Notes: generated from the sequence alone by a model not told the origin. A stretch of 64,000 bases of DNA from Octopus bimaculoides (GCF_001194135.2 NC_068992.1:58338100-58402099); one strand, 5' to 3'; positions 39,561 to 53,890 are shown, counted from the first letter of the stretch. A program made the numbers and translations.

Positions 39561-42500
39561 ACAATGGCAAGGGTTCCAACTGATCTGATTGACAGAAAAG
39601 CCTGCTTGTGAAATTAACATGCAAGTGGTTGACCACTCCACAGACATGCATACCCTTAATGTAGTTCTCAGGGAGATTCAGCATGATACAGAATGTGGCA
39701 AGTCTGGCCATCAGAAATAATAGGTTCTGTTCATTTTTGCCAGGTGAGTGGACTGGAGCAACATGAAATAAAATGTCTTGCCTAAAGACACAACACACCA
39801 TTGAGAATCAAACTCACAACTTTATGATCATGAGCTAAATACCCAAACTATTAAGCCTTCACAAGTTTTCTTTTTTTCTTATCTAGAAATTCACTGAAAC
39901 ATCAATACTAAACTACTTTAGAGAAGAATTTTTTGCCATTTTTTTTCATTTTTATATTCAATTCAAATTTTAACTTCTATTGAAATTTCCTTCAGCTACA
40001 AATTTTTTAATACAAGTTGAAAACGTTTTTTTTTTTTTTTTNNNNNNNNNNNNNNNNNNNNNNNNNNNNNNNNNNNNNNNNNNNNNNNNNNNNNNNNNNN
40101 NNNNNNNNNNNGTAGATTTCCTCCTGTTTTGGAGGTTAAAGAAACTAATTTTATTTTCGCTTAAAGATAATAATCTCAGTTTTATTTTTATCAATTTGAC
40201 AATTCAGATAAGACAAAATTAAAAAAAAAAAAAAAATTGGAATTCCCATGTTTTAGATTTGAACTAATCACTGAATAGTTGACAATCCTATAACCACTCG
40301 GCCGACCATGTAGTTATTGTACATTGGAATAAAATGTAATAATTAAAAAAATAAAATGATCAATATTTTAATGACAAAAGAAAAAAAAATTGATATTGTA
40401 ACCTTTAAATGAAAACTTCATTTCATTTATAAACAACAGAGAAAAGAAAGTTAGTAGAACAGGGAATTAAATGGGGAATACGCACACGGACACACACACA
40501 TATAACGTATAACACAAAACACAGTCAAAAGAAAAAAACAGCAAAAGGAGAAATGCAGGGAAGGGGAGTCAAATGAAAAACAAAAAAAAAAAACAAAAAG
40601 GAAAACCAAAAACTCTACACAAAAGAACAGGTAAAAATCATTTAGACATTTAATTAAAAGCTAAAATACTGTCTTCGCCTTGGATTGTTGCAGTTAATGT
40701 AGTATCATGCTTGACTGTCAAAAATATTAATTAACAGCAGTAGTAATTGTGGTGTTATGACCGTTATCATGATTATTATGATTGTTGTTGTTATTAGATA
40801 ACGAGCTGGCAGAATTGTTTGAATGTCAGACAAAATGCCCCACGGTAATTGTTCTGCCTCTTTATATTCTGAGTTCAAATCCTACTGAGGTCAACTTGGC
40901 CGTTCATCACTAGAATTGATAAAATAAAATACCAGACGAGCACTAGGGATACTCGGGCTGATGGTGTCAACTTACCTGCTCCTCTCAAAATTGCTGGTGT
41001 TGTGCCAAAATTAGAAAGAGTTATTTTTATTATAATTATCAGTATTACTCTTGTTAAGGCAGAGAACTGACAGAATCATTAGCATGCTGGACAAAATGTT
41101 TTGTGGCATTTTTTCCAGCTTTACATTCTAAGTTCAAATTCTGCCATGGTCAATTTTGCCTTTTGTCCTTTGAGGGTCAAGGAAATGAGTATCAGTTGAG
41201 CGATAGGGTCAATGTAATTGCCTAACCTCCTCTCTTCAAATTTCAGGTCTAGTGCCTATAGTAAAATGTATTATATTATTATTATTATTATTATTTCCTT
41301 TCTTGGAAATGTTTTTTTATCCAATTTTTACTAGTTTATTTGTCTTTTCACCTTGTGCTGTACTGAATACTTGATGTGGTTTTAGAATCAGGCTTTGACC
41401 ACTATTTCAAGCATGGTGGTATCTCTTAGATACCTTTATTTATAATTTTAATAGTTATTATAACCTATAAGGGTTTTTCTTTCCATGCTGCCTCTAGATT
41501 TGATCACTATTTNNNNNNNNNNNNNNNNNNNNNNNNNNNNNNNNNNNNNNNNNNNNNNNNNNNNNNNNNNNNNNNNNNNNNNNNNNNNNNNNNNNNNNNN
41601 NNNNNNNNNNNNNNNNNNNNNNNNNNNNNNNNNNNNATATATATATATATATATATATATAAATACACACATATACCTAGAGACAAATTACAGACAATAA
41701 TTTTGAGTCTAGATGCATTTTATGCATTATGATGTCTTACACAAGCTAATACTTGTTATATTATAGAAGTTTCAACCTAACAATGTAGTTTTGCTTAATT
41801 TCTATTTTATTTATTTATCATTATTTATTTAATGATTCTGTCTTTTAATTTCAAACATAATGATCAAAAAGTAGACATCATTTTTATAGTTCTGAAACAT
41901 CAGAGAGCTTGATACTTCTCACCAGTCGTTTGTTCTTTGATCCTAATTCTGCTACCATTTGCAATTATTTATTTTAAAACATTTTTCTTCTTTCATTACA
42001 ACAATATTTGATCTCCTAATTGTTTTGGATGCTGAAATCCAACACAATTTTGAGGCTTTTCAATTCAACTACACTATACAGCTAGTGTTTAAATCACCTT
42101 GCTTCAATTCTCAATGGACAATTTATGAAAAAAAAAAAAAAAAAAAATCATTGAATATTTTTCAATATTCTTTAAAAACAAGTTTGCAACATTTACTTTT
42201 CAAATGTTACTCTTCCACCTTCTATATTTATAGTCATTTGCTTACTTAAGCCTTTGTTCCCATTGGAGCATAGACCATTGATGAATTTTCTCCACTGTGA
42301 TTTTAAATGTGCTTTTCGTTTTTTTTTTTTTTAAGGTAGGTGTGTTGGCCCTATACAAACCATTTTTTTAACCCCTGGGATATCTTGTAGGGCCATTGAA
42401 ACACAAGCGACCACATAGCAGTAAGGACTGGGATTCTATGTATATAGTGGTTGACCTTAAATCAATATAGAACTGATGGAATTAGTGTTTATAATTATAC

Positions 42501-43149
42501 TACAAAGATATCCATATTTTCATGTCAAGATTTAAGTTTAATTTCCTTCCTCAAAACCTTAAAACTACAAATGCATTTTCTTTTGTTTCCAAGTTCTATG
42601 GCCATTCTTAATACTTTTGATATCAACCTGCCTGAGACTGCCCCAAGCTCTTTGATTTGAACCTCCAGTTTTAAAGTGATCTAAACTAAAACATTCCATC
42701 TCAATTTCATGAGGATTTATGCTCCAAATGCTAGCTTTAATAATAAAATTATTTCACTAAATTCTTCATTATTTTGAAAATTAACAGGAAGAAAGGTAGA
42801 ATGTTTCAATAGAAATATGGTAGCAAAAGGTTTAAAATATTTCTTTTTCAATTGTTCAATCAAAATTATTCTAGCTGCCTGTCAATTGAAACCATTTAAT
42901 GTAAGAACTACTGGGAAATTGATGTTTTTCAAGCATTAGTTATACACTAGGCCTTATATGGAATGGTTTCAACTCACAGATGGCACCATGTCTCTTCAAT
43001 TACACTGTTTTAATGCTTTTAGGAAATATTTTAATTTGAAAATATCTCATGCTTTATCTTCTGAAATATAGGGACTTTGTGCACAGTAAAAAGAAGTCAA
43101 TGTTTGTATTTCTTTTTATTGAAATTAAGACTAGAGGTGTATAAGTATA

Positions 43150-44300
43150 AACACTATTTCTTGGAAACCTCAAAAATTCAGTCAGTACTGGTTCAGGACT
43201 AATTTGTGGTATGTAGGTACTCGAGTGAATGATAATGCATAATTCACAAATCCACAGCTTCAGATGTACTATACTTCTGCATGGTTGAAGACCATTCTAC
43301 ACTCTGATATGCAAAGGTTTATCATGTGGTTTTCCAGGCCTTGTCCTGGTCTACAAATTCGTCTGATTTTTGTATGCCTGTAAGGATTTGGCTGTGATCA
43401 CAGCAGACACAGGTGAAGTGGACTAGGTTAGAGTTTGTCCAGTGATTATTTCTCCATCATTATTATTAATTGTGAGGATCCCAGCAGAATACTTGTTGCG
43501 TGTGTTGTTTATATTACTCTGGTTTGATTGGGATAATGTTGCTAGGATAGTATTGCAGCAAAATTTTAAAGTGGTGTAACAGTATTTTGCAGTGTTACAG
43601 TAGTGTCTTGCAGGGTTCTAGGTGCATTTAATTCTTTGGAAGTGATTGTTTATATAATAAATGGGATTGGAGTTTATTGCAGCAACAAACAGTCGTCTTC
43701 CCTAATTAGTCAAATTGAAAGACCTGGTCATCCTTTATTTTTATATAAGTGACCAATGAGTATGATTTGTGTTAGACTGTGATGATGTAAGATGCACTGT
43801 TTCCTTTTTTTTTTTCTAGTGTGTTGTAGATTGATTGGAGACCAAGTCAAGGCTGGACTGGTATAGTCCATGATTACATAGGTGCTTCCAGTCATTGCTG
43901 TTATGAAATATCAGCTGACAAAATCTCTAAATTACTTTAATATTCATAGAAAGTGTGGGGTGTAGTGTTATATGGTAGATAATTTACTTATGAGAACTAG
44001 AAGATGGCGGTGGGTCTTTGAGTTTGTATCTGCCACAATCCAGACATCAATAATTTATTCCATAATTCTTCTCACTGAGGTATTCTTTTTCAATACCAAA
44101 ATATGAAGGCAACATTGGAAGTGTGTGGTGCTAAGTGCAGGGGTAATACTTGCTGCATCTATTTTGCAACATTTATTTTGTCTGCGTATCATATATGACC
44201 AAAGATTCTGTTTGGTGATTACAATCCCAGAGCAGACATGCTAAGAGTACTCTTAATATATGTGTTGAAGGTTTACTGGAAGTTACTGACAAACCATCAC
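43150..44300 (-). mobile_element. Possible very old non-LTR retrotransposon remnant
   Basis: Only scattered short motif resemblances (KPLH, HGLYQS) amid many stops. Confidence 0.25.
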
Positions 44301-45856
44301 AGAATGACAACATGTGCGAACACTAACTGAATGAAGAAGAGTCAATTCATAACTTTAGTTTCTGTAGCATAAAGTAGATGAAACAAATCTTCCTCTAATC
44401 AGGAGGCTAGCCTGTTGCTAGAAAATTTTCCTTGAAAGACAAAGGTATATTCCTTAGCTAAGCTACTTGATGCAATCTAGAATTATGTATCTTGTAAACT
44501 ATACTTACATGTATAAGTAGTTAAAAAACAAAAACAAAAGAAAGTGACACTGAATTTCTTAAAGAAGTGACAAAAATTAACATGTATGTCACAATGTAAA
44601 AATTGTGAGGCAACACACAGGCAGATCATGAATGAACAAAACTGTGCATTGAACAGTAAGAAATACTGAGAAATAAATATATATATATATATATATATAT
44701 AATAAAATAGCAAAATGAAAGCAAAAAAAAGAAAAGAAAAACAGCAATAAAAAAATTTAAACAGACATTCGAGAAAATGGTTGGAACCAGAGGAGAAATA
44801 AACATGCAGAAGCCACGATAAAGAATACGTATCTAAATCTCAACATCAAATAATAAGCACAAAGTGTTATTGAACAGAATATTGGTACTATGTGGAGGCA
44901 AAGCAAATTCAAAAGTAGAGCAAAGAAAACAGTTCAACCATTCTGTGTAAACATATTGGTAAAAATATCCTTCAGTATTGTTGTAGATCAATAACTATAA
45001 CATGGAACTATAATATGGCTGAGAGCTGATACTTTTTCAATGACCACGCTAAAAGTCAGTCTCCAGTTCTCTAGTTAAAGACGGATATCCATTGTTGTCC
45101 CACAATCTTATGCTAGATACTATTTGAGTTTCGGTAGCTCTAGGACATAAGCGTTAACAAAAGAAACCAGTCTTAATCAATCAGCTTGGCCTATCTTTTG
45201 CACAGATTTCAGAAGGAGGTTTAGGAACCAGAATTCCTCCTGAGGCTAGCAAATGATGAAATAAAACCTGCACCATATTATACTTTTGTTCTGATGTGAA
45301 AAGGAAAAATATAAAATTTACAGTATGAAATAAAAGTGAAACATCATTGTAAAGAACTGCAAACATCACCGCAAGCAAGTTTGATTTTTTTTTTTTAACC
45401 CTTCAGTATTCAGATTTATTTGTCAAATGTAATCCTTATTTATTCACATTGTTTTAAATTTACCAATCATTATCTAATAGCTTCAAGACTTTGATGGTGT
45501 GATTATGTAATTTTAGAATGACATTGTAGGGTAGATGAGAGAGGCCAGATGTGGCTGACCTGAACATAAAACAGGTAGAATATTTAGGCTTGATATGGCT
45601 GGTTTAAAAGTGCCAAATGTTAATCTAACTCAAAGGGAAGCATTGCCTTTATTAGCTGCAAGTCTTCTCAGATGGGTGAAGCTGATGTGATAAGTAGTAA
45701 ACAAGGACTTCAGAGAATTTCATGAACAGAAAGTGAGCTCCAAAAGATTGAAATTCTGAGAAAGAAGAACTAGGAGAAATGTACAGAAAGAGAGAAATAC
45801 AGAAGAGATGAAGAATGGAAGTAAGGGAAGTATATTGATTTTAACTAGGTGCAGGT

Positions 45857-46240
45857 GTGGCTGTGTGATCAAGAAGCTTGCTTCCAAGCCATTTGGTCTT
45901 GGGTCCAGTCCCATTGTGCATCATGCTGGTCAAGTGTCTTCTATAGAGCACTGGGCTGACAAAAGCCTTGTAAGACAGAAACTGAAAGAAGCCTGTTGTA
46001 TGTATATATGTATATTATGCGTGCAAGCACACATGTGTATACCTTGTCTTGACATCACATGATAGTTGTAAAGAAGCACGATGTTCATTTCCAGTCTTCC
46101 GTGAAAAATATGTCTGATCATTGGGGATATTACTTTGCTTGAAAGCAAGTAAGCGTTGGTCACAAAAAGGGCAGCTGACCATAGAAAATATACGTCAGCA
46201 AATTCTGTCTGACCCATGCAAGCATAGAACATATAGAGAC
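45857..46240 (+). mobile_element. Composite SINE family (tggctgtgtggtaagaagcttgcttcc head, microsatellite middle, variable tail)
   Basis: Heads recur at about 8115, 10900-11080, 17690-17830, 28160, 33650-33770, 47240-47390, 50890-51040, 62665 and 63700. Confidence 0.8.
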
Positions 46241-46414
46241 AAAAGAAGTGAGACTGTGACATGTGAAGGGCATCAGCATTGTAAGAGAGGTTAAAAGGTT
46301 ACAACCTGCAATCTACAGCTGGATCACAGATTTACTTAATCACTATCAACTACTCTCTTCATGAGACAACAACATAATTCATGATAATCCTTCCTTCTTC
46401 AAAGTCATTATTAA

Positions 46415-46632
46415 CCCTCTTGGGTCACCCAGGCCAGTTGATTGGCCCAAGTGATACAAGTTGAAAGGACATTAAGGTCGATCCATCAGCCCGATGGAAC
46501 AAATGCTGTGAATGGTTGATTTTGAAGTGTAACAGCTAATCAGAAATCATCTTTCAGTAGATGTATCTCAGCAGAAAAAAATTTGGGTCTTTTTGACTAC
46601 ACATACTGAAATACCATGTGTCTAAAAAAGGG
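46415..46632. mobile_element. piggyBac-type MITE
   Basis: TTAA|CCCT...AGGG|TTAA boundaries. Confidence 0.5.
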
Positions 46633-47637
46633 TTAACATCCACCTAGTACAATGTTTTTGTTTTGTTTTTTTCTTTGAGTTTAGGAGTCAGATAAATCAC
46701 AAGTCTTCCTTGACTTCACTGAAGCTTTAAGCAGATCAGCACAGATAGTTCGATATTAGTTATCTTTTACTTGTTTCAATCACTGGATTGTGATCATGCT
46801 GAGGCACAGGTTTTGAAGGGCTTAGTTGAACAAATTGGCCCCAGGATTTAATTTTTTTAAGTTTGGCACTTATTGTATCAATCACTTCTGCTGAACTGTG
46901 AAGTTATGGGGACATACAAACACACACACAATGGACTCGTTAGCCGAAGACGAAATATGAGTGTTCAGCTGTTGCCAAATGACCTCCACAAATGATTTGT
47001 TTATAATGATCAAATGTTTGTGTTACACATGAGCTCACTCTCTCCATCAAATCGATGTTGTCCGAACAGGTGCACTGTGTCAGGTGTCAAAGTGATCACA
47101 GAGCAACATGAGATGAAGTGTTTTGCTCCAGAATACAACGCACCATCTGGTCTAGGAATTGAAACCATGACCTCGCGATCATCAGTCCCACTCCCTAACC
47201 ACTAGGCCATGCACCTTCACACACACACACATGTATATATATACACACAACAGGCTTCTTTCGGTTTTTTTTTTTTACCAAATTCACTTGCAAGGTATTG
47301 GTAGGCCTGGAGTATAGCTATGCAGTGGGACTGAACCTGAAATCACATGGTAATAAAGTGAGCTTCTTAATAACTCAGCCATGCACCCACCTTGTTGCAT
47401 ACATTTTTTTTTTAATCACTTAATCAGAGTAAAAAGAGCAACACCCATGAGTTTCTTCAAATATTCCACAATTGGTGAGTGGGGAAGGAAGGAGGACATT
47501 TATCCTTAGATGGAAAGTGTGACCTAGATGTCTGCAACAGAAAGAGAGGATTCTGTTAAAAGCACCCAAGGAGGAGGATTGATGTCCCTATATTGGCAGA
47601 AAATTACTCCACCTTTCAAAGAGATACAAGCACTAAC

Positions 47638-47720
47638 CTGTTGTTGTTCAACTTGCTTCTTCAATTCAATTAACTCCAGTTTCAATTGTTTGTACTCTCG
47701 CACAATGTTAGCATTCTCAT
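47638..47720 (-). CDS. Internal exon (83 bp, phase 1-0): DENANIVREYKQLKLELIELKKQVEQQQ
   Basis: Acceptor tttttcttcttgcag| and donor CAG|gttagt. Splicing completes the split codon G+AT (Asp) and continues the coiled coil. Confidence 0.85.
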
Positions 47721-48045
47721 CTGCAAGAAGAAAAACTTGTTAAATATTTTACATATGTATACACACACACATACACAAATGTGTCTGCGTAATGGACATA
47801 CTTACACACATCTAATGCCACTTAACTTTAAGATAACCAGTGGCTGAGATAAGCTGTCTTCACCAAACAGTATGATGAGCAGAGAATCCAAAAATACAAT
47901 GCTTTATAAGTAACAACACCAACACCACACAAAGAGAGCTTACACAGAGAGTTCAAGATCAATTTGTGCCAAGCGGCTTCACTCTGCATGCTTAGCTTCA
48001 TTACTGTGGCAAGAGTCCGGATACTTATTGATCAGACCATGTATG

Positions 48046-48089
<44 letters not shown>

Positions 48090-48324
48090 TTGCAAGATTT
48101 TTTATGTGAAATCGTGTGTTGAAACAGATGTTGTTGTACTTGGGGATGGTCATATTGCCAGTTTAGCCAATAAAAACACACGCACTGTATATTTGGTGTT
48201 AATTTTTGGTGTTAATATATATATATATATATACACAATATGGTGATGCAAACAGGAAAATTGGAACTCAAAATGAGTATATGTATAGTTTAATTAATAT
48301 TTAGTAGAAACAAGAGAATGACTC

Positions 48325-48555
48325 AAGTAGATGTGTCACTAGTTTCAGCTATTTTTAGTTTTTCTGGATTTGATCCTTTGTTTTGACAGTGTAAACATTG
48401 CGTGCTTAAAGCCTTTCGTGCACTTCCCTTAAAAACTCCATTACAAGAAAGCTGACACACACAACTACTAAATTTTTAGCTACTGGACTATCTTTACATT
48501 GTCAAAGCAAATCTAATAAAACCAAAAATAACTAAAACTAGTGACACATTTACTG
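48325..48555. mobile_element. Tc1-like MITE
   Basis: About 33-bp imperfect inverted repeat agtagatgtgtcactagtttcagctatttttagtt versus cagtaaatgtgtcactagttttagttatttttggtt. Confidence 0.55.
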
Positions 48556-48772
48556 ACCAAAATGAAACTCTCTCTACCTGCCTACTTCTTTTTGTAAAGT
48601 GTTCACTTGTTCTACAAGTGTTTTGTAGTGTACTAGGATAATATACTTAATGCCACTAAACTTCTGACTGTTAAAAAATAGATATCAACTAAATCCTCTG
48701 AGAATGTTGGCTATAATAGATTAATCTACAGTAAAAATGGTTTCCTATCTCATTAATGACAAACAAACAAAT

Positions 48773-48833
<61 letters not shown>

Positions 48834-49513
48834 NNNNNNNNNNNNNNNNNNNNNNNNNNNNNNNNNNNNNNNNNNNNNNNNNNNNNNNNNNNNNNNNNNN
48901 NNNNNNNNNNNNNNNNNNNNNNNNNNNNNNNNNNNNNNNNNNNNNNNNNNNNNNNNNNNNNNNNNNNNNNNNNNNNNNNNNNNNNNNNNNNNNNNNNNNN
49001 NNNNNNNNNNNNNNNNNNNNNNNNNNNNNNNNNNNNNNNNNNNNNNNNNNNNNNNNNNNNNNNNNNNNNNNNNNNNNNNNNNNNNNNNNNNNNNNNNNNN
49101 NNNNNNNNNNNNNNNNNNNNNNNNNNNNNNNNNNNNNNNNNNNNNNNNNNNNNNNNNNNNNNNNNNNNNNNNNNNNNNNNNNNNNNNNNNNNNNNNNNNN
49201 NNNNNNNNNNNNNNNNNNNNNNNNNNNNNNNNNNNNNNNNNNNNNNNNNNNNNNNNNNNNNNNNNNNNNNNNNNNNNNNNNNNNNNNNNNNNNNNNNNNN
49301 NCGAAGGCCAGTCAGGCGGTACTGGCAAAAACTTTCTTTACAACTGGATGCCCTTTCTAATGTTAAACATTTAACAATGGAAAAAAAAAAGTGTAACTTG
49401 TGGTTAGCGACCAAAGAATGAGCACTGACCCATATGAGCATCATGATAACCCTTGGTTGTGCTCTGAAAGCTACAGAACAATAAAAGCCATAACAAAATT
49501 AGGCATAGCATAC

Positions 49514-49664
49514 CTTTGAGTTTAACAATCTCCATTTCTTTTTCTTGCTTTAACTGCATATATTCCTGATTGCTGTTCATATCTTTTTGTCTTTTGTCTT
49601 CAGAGAATTTTTCATATTTTTGTTGTAGTCTATTGTACTCATTCTCTAAATCTTGATGTTGACT
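49514..49664 (-). CDS. Internal exon (151 bp, phase 0-1): SQHQDLENEYNRLQQKYEKFSEDKRQKDMNSNQEYMQLKQEKEMEIVKLK
   Basis: Acceptor ttttgccacttcag| and donor AAAG|gtatgc. E/K/Q-rich heptad-like sequence inside ORF 49404-49676. Phases match both neighbouring exons. Confidence 0.85.
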
Positions 49665-51139
49665 CTGAAGTGGCAAAATACCAGATCAATTTATGAAATT
49701 ATAGTTATGAAAATAGAAATGGCTACAGCACAAAATCTTTCATCTCTTATTCCTTTATGTTTTAGCCATAGGTACTTATTCTATTAGTTCCTTTTGTCAA
49801 GCTGCTAAGTTAATGGGATGCAAACAAACTAACACCAGTTGTCAAGCAGTGGTGTGGGACAAACACAAAGGCATGCACATATACACACACACACAAACAT
49901 AAGGGCTGCCACACAGTTTCCATTGACCAAATCTACTCACAAAGCATAGATCTAAGAATGTCGTTTATTAAATGTGACAGATGGAGTGTCAACTGAATGA
50001 AATGTCACCTTGCAGTAAATAAATTAACATTCCAGTGCTGTTGCATGTATTACAGAGTTATATTTAGTATGTTTGATACAGTCCAGTAGTTATTCTATCA
50101 GCCAATATCATTAATTGATTCATTGAGGCTGAATGTCTATGACCCGTGGGACTGATTATGTAGAAATAAATAAATAAATAAATAATAAATTAATAGCATA
50201 TGATTGATGATGTGATAGAAATAATGTAACCCAGAACAGACTCTAAAGGAAATAACACATTGTATATTTGCTTAATCCTTTGTCCAGATTGAGTGACATA
50301 GTAGGAGCATACGGAGTCCATAACTCAGAGGCTCGTAAATCAAATCTGTAATCTGTGAGGAAATGGGTACTATTTTTTGATATTTATACATTGCAGCTGA
50401 GTTGTCTAGAAGTATACCAACCATATACATGTATATATACCTACAGGAGAGGTACAGATTACCCTATACACTAGAAATTTGTACAGGGTCAAGGGGGTCA
50501 CTAACAGATTGTACAGCAAAGCCCAAATTGCATAATGGACAGAGATGACAACAGGAGTTTTTGCCTAGTATATAGGATTATCAATGATGATTATTATCAA
50601 AGAATATATAAGAAGAAACAAGCACCAGGTCTGTGAGAATTACATGAAAATAATATATTTTATTTTACTTGTTTCAGTCATTAGACTGTGGCCATGCTGG
50701 GGCACCGTTTTGAAGAATTTTTAGTCGAATGAATTGAGATCAGAACTTATTTTTTAAAGCCTGCTGTTTATGCTATCGGCCTCTTATGCAGAACTGTTAA
50801 GTTACAGGGACGGAAACAAACCAAACACCAGTTGTCAAGCAGTGGTAGGGAGCAAATATAGACCCCCCCCCCCCAACACACATGTACAATGAGTTTTTTT
50901 CAGTTTCTGCTTGCCAAATCCATTCACATAACTTTGGTTGGCCTGGGGGCTATAGTAGATGCTTCCCTAAGGTGCCACACAGGGGGATCGAACCTAAAAC
51001 CATGCAGTTAAGAAGCAAACTTCTTACCACACAGCCATGCCTGCACATACATACATATCCAAAACTTTGTAGAAATGACTGAGAAGAAGATATATAAAAC
51101 TAAATATAAGAAATAAGTTCTATATTTAAGAGATGAGGA

Positions 51140-51263
51140 ATTATTTACATTATTTACATTTGACGGATATTTGTCCTCATCTTGTTTGTTGTTAACACAA
51201 CGTTGTGTTAACAACAAACAAGATGAGGACGAATATCCGTCAAATGTAAATAATGTAAATAAT
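51140..51263. repeat. 124-bp loopless palindrome (one G-T mismatch) inside a 13-bp direct repeat
   Basis: Arms are symmetric about 51201/51202 (acacaac|gttgtgt). tataagaaataag occurs at 51105-51117 and 51265-51277. Confidence 0.95.
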
Positions 51264-51375
51264 GTATAAGAAATAAGAGCAAATAATTTCTTTGTTAAAT
51301 AATTCCATTGGAAAAAAGTTCTAATCATATCATGGACGTGAATGCCATCCACAGCAAAATAATTATCCTAAATTG

Positions 51376-51409
<34 letters not shown>

Positions 51410-52639
51410 AAGAAGCAAATTAATTACATTTTTTTTTTGTCAGTTTTGTTGAATTATTTGTATCACCTATGCCTTGCAGATAACATAGAAGATGAGTTAC
51501 TGTCAAGGACAACTTAATTATAATGCAAGAAGATAATCCCTGCTCCATGCTAATGAAAACTAAAAAGGAATACCAAATGATAAAATTAAAACACTCAGGC
51601 AGATAATTAATGAATTTAAATGTGTTTCATCACAAGAGATATTATCTTTTACACTGGTGAGCTTCTGCCTGATTACAATGAAACAACACATGGGATGTTC
51701 AGTAGAACTATTCTACTACATTAGCCCAAAGGTTTTACATCATCAATAACTGTGATGAACAACTTCAAACATTTAGTTCATGATTCAGAATGAAGCTTAT
51801 TTCTTCCTGTTATTACCAGTGTTCTATTATGGAACTTTTTGTTTTAGCTTTTGTTTATTCTGGACTGAGTTTTCTAGTATAATGAATCCCACCACTTTTT
51901 CTTTCCTTGTTTTTCAAAAAACAAAAATGGCAAATTCTTTGCAGAATTACAGATCTTGAAGACTGCACCGTGTCATTTTAGCAATTGCCTATGTTCCATA
52001 GGCCTGCTAGATCAAGGCTGACCTCAAACAACAACAACAGCAACAACAATAGCAGCAGCAACAACACCATCACTACTACCAACACCATCACTACTACCAA
52101 CACCACCAACAATGCTGCCATTGCCACTGCCGCCACCACCACCACCACCAACAAAAGTGTTATGAGATATTCTTTTTCTAAAGTGAACTTTAGAGAGAAT
52201 AAGTCTACCCACTGAAATGTTTCATGCACTTCTCCAGTAATATGACTAAATTAGCAGAAAAATGGTTAGGCATACTTCCATATTTGATGGCATAAATAAA
52301 TGCATGGACATATCAGCTGCACCCCAATTTCAGCAGCACAGCACATATTCAGGAAGAAAAGTTCTTAAAGCATGCAATGTAGGTCCAACTCTGCAAATGG
52401 GACCTAAGGTTATTTCTTTTCTAAAGACATTTTGGGGGTGGGGTAAAAAACATGTCTTACATGTCACTAAAAATGGTAAGTAGAAAATTATGCAAGACCA
52501 TAAAGAAGTTCAAGAAAGCGAAAAACAAAAATAAACTCTATTACCACCCATACTGGAACTGGAAAATAGATGTAATACAGAGATATCAATAAAATAAAAA
52601 AAGTTTTTAAATGCAAAGAAGTAAAAGAAAACAACATAC

Positions 52640-52693
52640 TTGTAACATTTTATGCTTTTCTTGAGCTTCTGCAAATCTGGCAGCTAGTTCTTG
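52640..52693 (-). CDS. Internal exon (54 bp, phase 0-0) of an unidentified coiled-coil protein gene: QELAARFAEAQEKHKMLQ
   Basis: Minus strand reads acceptor ...tctttaaattgtgtgtttcag| and donor |gtatgt. Open frame joins in phase to the exon at 49514-49664. Confidence 0.8.
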
Positions 52694-52960
52694 CTGAAAC
52701 ACACAATTTAAAGAGAAGACAATTCAAAATGCAAGTATCATGAGGTTATGCAGATATGTACTGTATTCAATTGCATAAAAGATGCACAAGCATAAAGCTT
52801 ATAAGAGGCCCTTACTTTCACATATAGGATTTGGTGTAATTTTTTTTTTGAGATGTGTTTTGGAAAAAAAAAAACTACACCATATATCTCATCAGATGCA
52901 GTATGTTCTTCACTTATTTCATACTGTACCGCAGCATCGGGATGTCTTTGGTCAGTTTAA

Positions 52961-53447
52961 CCCATTGACACCATGAGCCCCGTTTGGGGATCTGCTAAAA
53001 ACAGTCTCACTGTTGGTTGTTCGTTGTATTTAAAGGGAATTGCTTATGGACATTGCATTTGCAGAAGTGTGTTTAACAATATTTAGGAGGTAAAGTTTGT
53101 CGTTATTAGCTCTGGTTAATTCTCGAGGACATTTTATGTCGAACTACAAAAATATCGACTGTTTTGAAAACGTTTTGTTTTTGCATTTCTCATCTATATC
53201 ATCCATTGATATTTCATACACATTCACATTTGTTGCTATAGTTTCAAAAAAACTAAAATGTTTATTGCAATTGAATAGAAAAGGATAAGTATGCTTCCCC
53301 CCCCCCCATTTAGGACTTTTTGAGAAATTATCCTAATTTCCAAAATAGTCCACATATAAAGAAAATTTAAATATTATATATTATTTTAACTTCTAAGACA
53401 CCTGGCAAAGCCAAAAAATATGAAGAAAAAGTTTGGCAGTTAATGGG
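52961..53447. mobile_element. piggyBac-type MITE (487 bp)
   Basis: TTAA|CCCATT...AATGGG|TTAA boundaries. Confidence 0.7.
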
Positions 53448-53499
53448 TTAAGTAGCGTATCAGGGTTTCTACCAGAAGAAGTAGCTAGTTTCCCTCTTT

Positions 53500-53890
53500 C
53501 AACCAACCCTTCTCCATTTCTGAAGACAGGGACACTGCAAGTGATCTACACTCCTTCCATGACCCCTCTCACAACCCAACATAGAAGAGAGTTTCAAACA
53601 TGGCGATTTGTCCACTCCTTATTTGTCCTTAATCAGTGTCACTTCAAGAGAAACACTAACCTAATGGATAGGTAGACATGCTAAATGGGATACGCCTTAG
53701 GTGTACTTTTCTTAGGACATGCTTGTTCAATGTGATTCCACACAATTTCATCTACTCAATTCACTCCCAAGTCTTGAATTGACTTGGGGCTATGGAAAAA
53801 TCCACTTTATCAAGGTGCTGCACAAAAGGAATTTAACATGGAAGAACTTGATTCATAACCCTCATCATTTACTGTCCACTTTTCCATGCT
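53500..53890 (-). mobile_element. Degraded RTE fragment
   Basis: Remnants resembling RRILGVNW.DEI and LRWLGHVLR, with many stops. Confidence 0.45.

Noticed and set aside
41352-41401. Possible 50-bp exon (GQSLILKPHQVFSTAQ)
   Set aside because: The acceptor lacks a pyrimidine tract and it needs another unseen exon. It is indistinguishable from chance.
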